From Phoronis australis (Eukaryota; Animalia; Phoronida): a DNA stretch of 64,000 bases. The notes under the pieces were generated by a model that saw only the letters and a program-made list of their open reading frames with translations, did not search any database and was not told where the DNA came from. Where the stretch lies: the NCBI GenBank assembly GCA_002633005.1, contig NMRA01000061.1, positions 663,076 through 727,075 on the forward strand. The letters run 5' to 3'. The position numbers and the translations under genes were made by a program. Shown here piece after piece: positions 53,071-64,000 of this stretch; position 1 is the stretch's first letter, and every line of letters begins with the position of its first letter.

Positions 53071-53286
53071 TGAGGGGGGGATCCAGGATTTTGAGTTGGG
53101 GAAGGACATGGGAATAACCAGAACTTCGCCACATCCGCGCGCCCAGGCTAAAATGTAGGGTTGCAGAGGTCGGAATTTTTGGGTTTGTGGAGTCCGACCT
53201 TATTACTTAACGAAAGGTTCACGGGTTTGTTCAAGGCTTATGCATTGTGCATTCGCCCCCCGAGCCCCCCTATGTGCGCCCATATG
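53071..53286. mobile_element. Inverted second copy of the 3550-3761 MITE
   Basis: Aligns with the reverse complement of 3550-3761. Confidence 0.6.
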
Positions 53287-53372
53287 CCAGTCAGCATTTC
53301 GCACCCCAAACTGTCAAATGGAATCTGGGATAATTTAGTGGGGGCATGGCCACTCGGCCACCTCCCTAAATA

Positions 53373-56300
53373 CAGCACACATCACGAATTTTTGTCCGCC
53401 CGGTTGGAAATTGGTCGACGACCGGCCTTCGACCGGTCGTGTAGCCGACCAGCAGCCGACCAACAACGGTCGGCTAGGAGCCGTCTGCTGAGTCGCCTCT
53501 GTGGTCGGCACTTGGGTCGGCTAAGTGGTCGCCTAGCGTAGACGACCAATTCGGATTAAGCGTGTCCTTGGTCGGCAATTACCATTTTATGACTTAGCGG
53601 GTGAACTTTGGCCAAACAAACATTTAACTGTTCGCTGTTCGTTCACCAGTGGCATCTCCGGTCTTGATATTGCTTTATCAACTATTGTTACACTATTGAA
53701 AGGAGGTAAAATCAAATCAACCTACAAATACGAATTGCGTGACATTACACCAGCCTCAAACTTTATGTTGAATTAATGTCGCGTGGTAAAATCAAACGTT
53801 AAGTGAGATCGCGGAAGCATAATTTCTAACTTTAGAAATTAGACTTTTTATACAGTACTTCATGCATAAAAACAAGCACGAACTTTGAAATTTTACAGTA
53901 AATTTGCATAAAAATCAGAATACAACACTGGATATTTTACTACCTCAAGTGTTTTCATGCAGCGGAATGCTCAACAAGCATCACGCATTTGCGCTCATCC
54001 GTTATTGCTCTTGATCATCACTTCATCACGCTGTAAATTGCGATTTACCACCGATAATTATTGCTTATTTCTGTATAATTTCTTAATATGTTGGTACAGC
54101 AATAGAACCCAAGTTTATTTTAGGAACAATTTAAACAATGGTTTGAACATAGCGCCGATATTACATGTAAATCATGGGCGCATGAGAACGGAAGAATCAG
54201 TGTGATCGGATTATAGTGTCATCCATCATCATTCTGAAATTGTTGCCACTTTCGCTGTAAAAAATCTTTTCGAAAATAGAGCACTCCTATCTAGCCAGCT
54301 AGTTGTATAAAGACTATTTTCAAAACACAGCAAGGTGCCACTGCTTATAGAGATCAAAAAGACCTCGAAACTTCACACAGCCCAGATAGTTACGCTTGTC
54401 ACCTCGTCGAAAAGCTTGTATCAACATGAGCTCAAGACCGGCGGATGTGCATGCAAAATCTAGAAGTCAATTGGCATTCAAGTTGCCCGTTACGGCCGTT
54501 TAAGCGAAAAACAATCGACGTCATCCCCCTGCGTAATTCTCTGTCTTTTTTAACGAAAAAACGTATGCCGTCGTTTAGAAAAAAGTTCATTCGTGACAGG
54601 CACCACTTCCAAAATGTTTTCAACGTCTCCCATTAGATGATGACAACATCTCAGCAAAATTTGTTCTAAAATTCGGTTCACTGATATCAAAATTCCAAAA
54701 AACATATAATGAAGTGAAACCAATTCTGATCATTTGTTGTGATGTTTACGCAACCTCTTTGGAGAACGTTTGATTGAAGAATCTGGGAAAAAGAAACTGG
54801 CTAAAAGGTGACGCAATATTTCATTGGGTCGAAAGTCGACGCATAAGATCACACCATAACTTTAGCAGCAGAATAATTGTAAAAAAACATTTTTTGCAAC
54901 GCTGGTAAATAATTTAGATTACTCTAGGAAGATTTTATTCGGTCAGTTTTTACCCACAATGGCACCACAAATTTGTATATTTAATTTAGTAAACAGCTTC
55001 GCACCAAGGCTAGAGCCTTCCGAGCCCTTTGGCGTAAGAACACAATACTTGGTGTTTTTGGTATACTTCAAGGGGTAAAACTTTGAAAATAATATTCTTG
55101 GGGTAACCTGGTACATGTAATCCTAAAAAAGTAATATGTGTTTTCATGTAGAGCGTAAAAATGATTAACCCATTGATTCAAAAAGAACACTCTCGCAAAC
55201 GAAAACGCACACAATTTTTAGCTATATTACACTGGTTAAAAAACAACTTCTATAAGTTTATTGCCTCGGATTCTAGTGATCACCAGGGCAAGTCAAAACT
55301 CTTAAGGGTGCGCAATTTCAAACCTTTGGCATGAATCAGTGATACAAAAATGGAAATACATGTAGACCGACTTTAGTTCATCAGCAATCTAGACACAACA
55401 GTTACAGACACTGACTGCGTTTGTTAACGTCTTGTGGCAATGATAAGAATATTTTTTTCCACTATGATTGATAACAAGTTTCACTCTGATGAGGTATGAT
55501 GCAATATGAATGTCTAATATGCAGATCGGCAGTTGCAAAAATATTTACTGGGTTTATTTAATGAATCCGTTTGTTATGAACCACTGTAAAAGTATGATTA
55601 CTTATTGTACATTCGAAACATTAGAATAAAAACATACACGTGCTTGTTGATCCTTGGTGTACCTCTACTACAGGCATGAATGAAGATATATAGTTGTTAA
55701 GCCATAGACGATAATAAAGCTTATATAATATCACACTGAGCCATCTCCACCAGGCATATACAAAGGATACAGTATTTCAAAAGAAGCCTCAACTACTCAT
55801 TTTTCATAGTCATAACTACTCATTTTTCATAGTATTACTAAATCACGAACACCTAGATTTAATTATAAGAAGTTACATATTACGATCCTACACAACGTGC
55901 TCTCCCACTAATTTGAAACATTTAACGACATGTCTTTTCTATGCAAGATTAAAACCAAGGAAAACATGTGAAACTCTCCAGGACTAAAAATAAATACCTC
56001 AAAACCAGAAATTTTACTTCAGCAGTAATTACAACAATCCAATACATTGAGATTGTTTTAACCCAGAACACCACAGAGCAAATAAAGACCAAAATTCACC
56101 ACGTCAAGGCTGAAAATTTATTTCATCAGCACCTATAATTTATCAAGTGAGGACCAAAAATTCTTCACTTCAGGATCAAAATAAAATACTACCGAACTGA
56201 AAATTTAATAAGTCAGGTTCAACAACTTACCGTTTCAGTAACTTTCACGCCAGAACACCCCGTCACCCATCCCCAAGCATGGATCTTTCAAGGTGATAAT

Positions 56301-58482
56301 GTCCGTACTACATGTATACATATAAACAAGGGCTATATGTTCAACCTCTCGACGACAAGAGACCTATTATCTTGGAAATGCGGTTGAATTTCTTTTGTCT
56401 AATCCACGTTTTACAATAGATGCCAACGTATAGGTACACCCTGGATTGTCATCATTGCATAATGGGTGATCACGTAGCCTCCGGGCTTGAAAACAACTCT
56501 CTCTCTCCTGGCGTGATAAGTTTTCTGACACAATAAATCCTGGTTGCCAATTGTTTTTGATTGTACAGAGATTTCAATTCCTAATAGAAAATGTGTGTTC
56601 TGGATGTTTTCGCTTCAGCTTTTCATTCAGCTAACTAGTGTACAGCACAGTGTTTTAACTATCCCGTGGCTGCTCCACTGCAACGAATCACTTCTAATAC
56701 AACCTTCCGTAAATGACGTTCGTATTTTGCACTTTCCTTCGGGGTAGCAGTTTTCCAAGAGCTATATTTTCATTGGACAAGAAAACCAGTCTCAGGTAGT
56801 CCTTGAGCTCATGCTCTGAATGTTTTGAAAACGGAACTCTTTCTTTACGCAGATACCGTTTTCTGCCCGTGGACACCGACCCGCTGAATTCATCAACCAA
56901 ACATTTATTTTTGAAAATGCCCTCAAAAGTGTACTTTTTTAAAACACCGAGTTGACCATAGTCGTCAGTGTAGAAAAGCGAAATGAACAAATTTGTACAC
57001 AGTGCTCAAAGCACTTTTGTAAAAATACGGAAACGCCAACGTCTCTGTCTTACAACGCTGCGTATGCTTGGCATTTCTGATAAAGCGTTCTTATGCTGGA
57101 AACTTTTTAAGACTGAGCACCGTTTCAAAAAAATAGTATATTTTCTTACTGCTGAGAACAGAAGAATTATTCTGCGATTTTAGGACTGAAATGGAACCAA
57201 ATCTCGAGTGGTGACTCATTAGAATGTGCAAAACTCGGGGAGGGGGGTGGCGATGTATATACAAGCATGATTTATTTATTTTTTATTATTATTTTGTAGT
57301 TGCCACTTCTCATTCTACCTAAGGTAGCCAGATCATACGCTATCAACATCACCAGACACCTTGCTTCTCAAATGTGCACCTTTGTGTATTTTCTATCATT
57401 TTTTTCCATCGCAATCGCTTTACCAAAGATTCACGCACATATGCCACGTAGTGAATACTTCTTCATCACGTATTCACATCTTCCCGTTCACAGTTATTTT
57501 ATTTTGCGTAATTTGTCAATATGTTGTTGACAGAAAATATTTATTTTTGGAACAACGTGAACGACCAACTGATAAGGGACTACGTGTATGTGGCATGCTA
57601 GCCCGGATTTTAACGTCACCGATTTATGAAAACGGAATGCGCAAAGCTACAATTGCCTGCAGCCTCAACAGTGGTGATGTCACCGTCTTAGTTCGTGGAA
57701 ATCGTAACCATAATATGATTTCGAAGTTAGAGCCATCGAAGTCCGTGGGTTTATGGCATACTGGACCGTGAATTTCTCGTCTGTACTGCAAGGGTCAATA
57801 CTATGAAAATGAAATCCCCGGAGTGAGAGCTCTTCGCGGTGTAACAACTCACTCACTAATCCATCATCATGATCGCGTGATAGGAGACCGGTGACTAACT
57901 TAAAAAACGCAAAAAGATGCAGTTTGGCGTTACACAAACAAAATCAATTGCGGGAGAAGACTGTTAAAAATAGCCTCGTTTACAAAATGACTACAGCGTT
58001 GTATTGACCGGGAAGCAACCAATCTAATACATCTTGTTAAAGTCACGAGTCAAATTAAAGATCAAATGTAAAGAAAACTTTCACGTTTTTCATCCAAAAC
58101 TGATTGCATTGTCCATAATCCAATGTTTACTAGTACCGCTTGCCTTCAACCTTCGAATTAGTGGTGTTACACAACCGACGTGAACTCATGTAACCGAGAC
58201 AGTAAAACTAGGTTAATTTATTTGACCCTGTCCTTAGACGAATATGCATCAACACGCAAAGTGGCATCAGCCTGACAACCTATTACGCAACTGCTACTCT
58301 AGCCTAAAAATAGCAGCCGACCAGCTGAAGGGTCGGCTTGGGAGTCGCCTTACGAGTCGGCACTGCGGGCGGCTGCCGGTCGGCTAATTTTTAGCCGAGC
58401 GGTCGGCTCATTTACCGACCGGTCGACGGCTAGTCGTCGACCAGTTTCCGACCGGGCGGACAAAAATTCGTGATGTGTGCTG
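53373..58482 (+). mobile_element. Copy 2 (complete, 5110 bp) of a non-autonomous TIR element with TA TSD (Tc1/mariner-like ends; CMC not excluded)
   Basis: TA|CAGCACACATCACGAATTTTTGTCCGCCCGG... and ...GTGATGTGTGCTG|TA. TIR of about 50 bp with CCGACCGGTCGG-rich subtermini. No transposase ORF. Confidence 0.92.
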
Positions 58483-59500
58483 TAAGTCACTGAAACTATG
58501 GTAGATGCGAAAAAACGTCTGAACTGATTTTTCTGCTATTTTGCGTGTGGAATACTTGGTTTCCTGTGTTTTTTATGAAAGTGTCTACGAACCTTCCGCA
58601 AATACGTCTATGCGTTGTTGATAAAACAAAAATATTTGTATCCATTATGCGAGATTATTCAGACATCCATATGCATATCTGGGCGTCGCTGTTCGGAAAA
58701 ATTCCCGAATGACAAGCGTAAGAAAAATTATAAAACAACGCCAATTTCAACGGTATAACATCAACTTTTCTAACCTCATACAGTTTCAACATATCTCTGT
58801 TTTGTGAATGACTACAGTACTGTCTAATTTCTTCACTTTTGGTGATACAATTGTCTCTGTTATGGAATCACACGTTGAAACAATAAATAGTCTCTGCAAT
58901 GCGTTTCGGCGAATAAAATGCGATAAATATTGCGAGCGACTCGATGTTTATACATGTATTTTTCAACTGTGTGGAACTACAAACAAATCACGCCACTATT
59001 ACAAACCGATAAAACGAAAGACAGCGACATCTATAGAAAGGCTTATAACTAACTAGCAATCCGTTGCATGACATTCTAGGGGACACTAAACAGACAGGAA
59101 TGGCAAAAAATACTAAAAAAAATAAAAGTTCTTAGGCACAGACTGACTCATGTACCACTAGCAAACACTTAGAGCCAACTAAAGTCTAACTAGAAACACA
59201 CAATATGCTATCAAACGTAAACTCAGTGTCTGGCACCGTGTAATAATAAAGTTCAAAGTCAATCGAATCTATCCGTGTTCTTCATCAATAGAACAAGTTT
59301 AGTTACGGGTCTCTTGATAACATGGCCGTCTGAAAATCTAATGTCCACAACACGAATTAGTCCATCATCACTGGCGTAAGTTTTCACAATCCCTGCCATT
59401 TTCCAAAATACATGTCTGGTATTTTCGTCAACTAGTAGAACAACATCTCTGGTCGCTAGATTATCACTAGAGTCGAACCATTTCCGCCGAGGGGACAGTT

Positions 59501-61010
59501 CCCATACAAAAATGAACTTAAGTTTTTCGCTGAAAACTTAAGTTCTTCCGAAAAACATAAGTTTTTAAAAGAAACTTAAGTTTTTCAGCACAATGTTAAG
59601 TTTTTCAGAAAACTTTATTTTTTTCAGGTGTAAAATCAAGTTTTCACAAATAAACTTAAGTTTCAAGTAATAACTTAAGTTTTCATGAAAACAAATAAAC
59701 TTAAGTTTCAAGTAATAACTTAAGTTTTTTGTACTAACAAAACTTAAGTTTTTCTGATAACTTAAGTTCATCACAAAACTTAAGTTTTTGTAGTTTTAAA
59801 AACTTAAGTTTTTCTGATAACTTAAGTTTATCACAAAACTTAAGTTTTTGTAGTTTTAAAAACTTAAGTTTTCCTGACTTCTTAAGGTTTTCGCACACTT
59901 TAGTTTTTCCAATTATATAAACTTAAGTTTTCCTGACTTCTTAAGTTTTTCAGAAAATTGGATTTTTTCATGTGTGGAAAACTAGAATTTTCAAAAAACT
60001 TTAAGGTTTCTATGTGATGAAAATTTACGTTTTCAAGTTTTTAAAATTTGAATATATTGAGATATTTAATTTTTGGTTCGAAATTTTTTCAATTATTTTC
60101 CAACAAAAAATTATTGTTTGCAAATGCAAAACCCATCATCTCATAAAAATGTAGCCCGAATGTTTCCTTAACGAACGTTTAACCTGGTCAGTACAGATTT
60201 AGTGCAATTACGTATTCATTATCGCACGTCTTTGTGAATTTAAATGTAGACGAACATCCGGTGACCAACAGCAGTAAGAATGCACTCAATGTTAATTCCC
60301 TGAGACACTGACCTGGTCAGGACAATGTAATCAATAGAACTAATGCAAATCTTAAAAAAACGTAGTTATTGTACAAGTTTCCTTTGTGTTGAGTTGTATT
60401 CGTAAGGCAGTTTCCACTGGAAGTCAACCGTTTGAATTTTATAACCGACAGTCAACTTCTAAGAAAAAGTCGTATGTTGGCTAGTCCGCGACAATGAAGT
60501 TCATATTACTACGAGCAGAGCCAGCAAGAAGACATTTCAGAAGTTTTGGAAGTCAGGTTAGTGCCAGAGAGCGTTCTAAAATCTATTGGCCACAATCGGT
60601 GGTGTGATTTCCAACGAACGTGTTAAGTTCAGTTGTTATTGTCAGCCACTCACGAGTCACTGCTGTCACATACTGAAATGGACTCATTGTGTGTGTGAAT
60701 TATGTACATGTAAACTTGTAACGCGTAATATACTTCTGGATGTCCATCAGGGGAAGCCACAACGTTCACATAAGGCTATTACGCTATTATATTTCTGTCT
60801 TCTGAGGTTGTGTCAGTGTCATCAATGCAAGGGGGGACTACCAAGGCATAGTGTAATCATTTCCCAAGTTTGGTATATTGGCATTGGTTGTGTGTGCTTA
60901 TGTCTATGTTCGTAGTAATTCTTGGAAGCTCCTGATTTTGAAATCTCATATCACTACAGGCCAATAATTTGCAAGGTTCACTTTCCTCATCCACGCACCC
61001 ATCCTAAAAC
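59501..61010 (-). mobile_element. Inverted right-end fragment of the CCC/AAACTTAAGTTT element, retaining the terminus lost from the 20413 copy
   Basis: CCCATACAAAAATGAACTTAAG terminus and AAACTTAAGTTT array at 59510-59950. The remainder matches the reverse complement of 24755-25590, apart from an extra ~230 bp at about 60641-60870. Confidence 0.8.
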
Positions 61011-61607
61011 AAAACGCGGAGTTGAATTAGGCAAAAACTTGACTTGCTGGAATTCTCGCCAAGCAACGCATCAATATCACCATCATCTTCATGTCAAAAT
61101 TGCCAACTAAAACTCGAGGGGGAGGGCACGAACCTGAAAATCCTGGTATGCGTTTTCGTTAACGAACTTCAAAAATAGAGCATGGTGGAGTGTTTGAAAG
61201 AGCCAAAATCCATCCAAGTCGAAGTGGCCAGAACGGAATGACGTGATTTATCCATTTTTTCAGTTGCTGTGTACCTAAATTAACAGGCACAGAAAAAATG
61301 ACGTAGGCCTACAGTACGATTTTCTGAAACGTACCTCAGCGAAATCGTCAAAGAAAAAAGCGCCTCTTGCCACCTAAAACGGACAAAAACAACCAATGCG
61401 CGCAACACGTCGCTTGCCTGAAAAAGTAAATCATCCACTTGATTTTTGTGGTTAGACATGTGATGTGTACCCATATTTGTGGTCGTGGCCCCCTACAACG
61501 GGCTACTACTTCAAATGACACGTATATATTGACGATGTCAAAATTTAACTGCCCCACCTGTTCCCAGGGTTTCATGTTTTGTAATTCAAAATGATTGCAT
61601 AAACTTA

Positions 61608-64000
61608 CAGCACACATCACGGATTTTTGGCAGCCCGGTCGGAAATTGGTCGACGACTAGCCGTCGACCGGTCGGCTAATTTGGCGACCGGTCGGCTAAA
61701 AATTAGCCGACCGGCAGCCGCCCGCAGTGCCGACTCATAAGGCGACTCCCCAGCCGACCCTTCAGCCGACCGGCCCTCAGCCGACCAGCTGGTCGGCTGC
61801 TAATTTTAGGCTAGAGTAGCAGTTGCGTAATAGGTTGTCAGGCTGATACCACTTTGCGTGTCGATGTGTATTCGTCTTAGCACAGGGTCAAATAAATTAA
61901 CCTACTTTTACTGTCTCGGTTACATGAGTTCACGTCGGTTGTGCAATACCACTAATTCGAAGGTTGAAGGCAAGCGGTAATAGTAAACATTGGATTATGG
62001 ACAATGCAACAAGTTTTGGATGAAAAACGTGAAAGTTTTCTTTACATTTGATCTTTAATTTGACTCGTGACGTTAACAAGATGTATTAGATCGGTTGCTT
62101 CCCGGTCAATACAACGCTGTAGTCATTTTGTAAACGCAGCTATTTTAGCAGTCTTCGCCCGCAGTTGATTTCAAGTTGTTTGTGTAACGCCAAACTGCAT
62201 CTTTTTGCGTTTTTTTAAGTTAGTCACCGGTCTCCTGTCACGCGCCCATGATGATGGATTAGTGAGTGAGTTCTTACACCGCGAAAAGCTCTCACTCCAG
62301 GGATTTTATTTTCATAGTATTGACCCTTGCAGTACAGACGCGAAATTCACGGTCCAGTATGCCCTAAACCCACGGACTTCGATGGCTCTAACTTCGAAAT
62401 CATATTATGGTTACGATTTCCACGAACTAAGACGGTGACATCACCACTGTTGAGGCTACAGCAAAGTAGCCTTGCGCATTCCGTTTTCAGTGTATCGGTG
62501 ACGTTAAAATCTGGGCTAGCAGTTACATGTATACACGTAGTCCCCTATCAGTTGGTCGTTCACGTTGTTCCAAAAATAAATATTTTCTGTCAACAACATA
62601 TTGACAAATTATGCAAAATAAAACAATTGTGAACGGCAAGATGTGAATACGTGGTGAAGAGGTATTTGTCTCTACGCGGCATATGTGCGTGAAACTTTGG
62701 TAAAGCGATTGCGATGGCAAAAAATGATAGAAAATACACAAAGGTGCACTTTTGAGAAGCAAAGCGTCTGGTGATCTTGATAGCGTACATGTATGATCTG
62801 GCCACCTCAGGTAGTAAGTGACGCTGAATGAGAAGTGGTAACTACATGTTTGGCGCGAAAATAAAAAAATCATGCTTGTATTGCCAGCCACCCCCCTCCC
62901 CGAATTTTGCACATTCTAATGAGTCACCACTCGAGATTTGGTTCCGTTTCAGTCCTAAAATCGCATAATAATTCTGTGCTCAGCTGTAAGAAAAAATACA
63001 ATTTTTTGAAACGGTGCTCAGTCTTAATAAAGTTTCCAGCATGAGAGCGCTTTGATCAGAAATGCCAAGCACACGCAGAGTTGTAAGACAGAGACGTTGG
63101 CGTTTCCGTATGTCCACAAAAGTGCTTTGAGCAGTGTGTACAAATTTGTTCATTTCGCTTTTCTGCACTGACGACTATGATCAACACGGTGTTTTAACTA
63201 CACTTTTGAGTGCATTTTCAAAAATAAATGTTTGGTTGGTGAATTCAGCGAGTCGGTGCCCACGGGCAGGAAAACGTATCTGCGTAAATAAAGAGTTGCG
63301 TTTTCAAAACATTCAGAGCATGAGCTCAAGGACTACCTGAGACAGAAAATAAAACCGATTACCAAACAGAAACTTGTCCAATGAATATATAGCTCTTGGA
63401 AAACTGTTACCCCGAAGAAATGTGCAAAATACGAACGTCGTTTACGAAAGATTGTACCAGAAGTGATTCGTTGCAGTGGAGCCGCACGGGATAGTAAAAA
63501 CACTGTGCTGTGCACTAGTTACCTGAATGGAAAGCTGAAGCGGAAAAATCCAGAACACACATTTTCTATTCAGGAATTGAAATCTCTGTAGAATCAAAAA
63601 CAATTGGCAACCAGGATTTATTGCGTTAGAAAACTTATCACGCCCGGAGAGAATTGTTTTCATGCCCGGAGACTACGTGATCACCCATTATGCAATGATG
63701 ACAATCCAGTGTGTACCTATACATTGGCATCTATTGTAAAACGTGGATTAGACGAAAGAAATTCAACCGCATTTCGAAGATAATATATCTGTTGTCGGCG
63801 AGAGGTTGAATATATAGCCCTTGTTTAGTATAGTACGGACAGTATCACTTTGAAAGATCAATGCTTGGGGATGGTGACGTGGTGTTCTGGCGTGAAAGTT
63901 ACTGACATGGTAAGTTTTTGAACCTGACTTATTAAATTTTCAGTTCGGTCGTATTTTATTTTGATCCTGAAGTGAAGAATTTTTGGTCCTCACTTGATAA
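61608..64000 (-). mobile_element. Copy 3 of the 5.1-kb element, inverted, running off the window end
   Basis: TA|CAGCACACATCACGGATTTTTGGCAGCCCGG. Reverse complement of about 56140-58482. Confidence 0.92.

Overview
AT-rich eukaryotic DNA, most likely from a marine invertebrate. The only intact gene found is a two-exon, minus-strand GRL101/type-C LGR-like receptor (join 12943-9435, 8126-5876; 1919 aa). Its domain order is signal peptide, several CUB, 2 C-type lectin, about 7 LDLa, LRRs, hinge and 7TM. The rest is mostly nested transposon debris. This includes a decayed hAT (ZMYM1-like) transposase that reconstructs with an N-terminal vertnin/OTU-like Cys-protease domain, and a Kolobok-type THAP element with a THAP start inside each inverted repeat. 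There are also three copies of a 5.1-kb TA-flanked TIR element, two pieces of a CCC-terminated element with AAACTTAAGTTT subterminal arrays, a Tx1/L1-type LINE fragment and many MITEs. The octamer TACATGTA occurs at least 24 times; at three sites it can be traced as a 6-bp insertion at a TA, matching a Tc1/Tc3-type excision footprint. No rRNA, tRNA or CRISPR array was found. All family assignments rest on motif recognition by eye, with no database searches.
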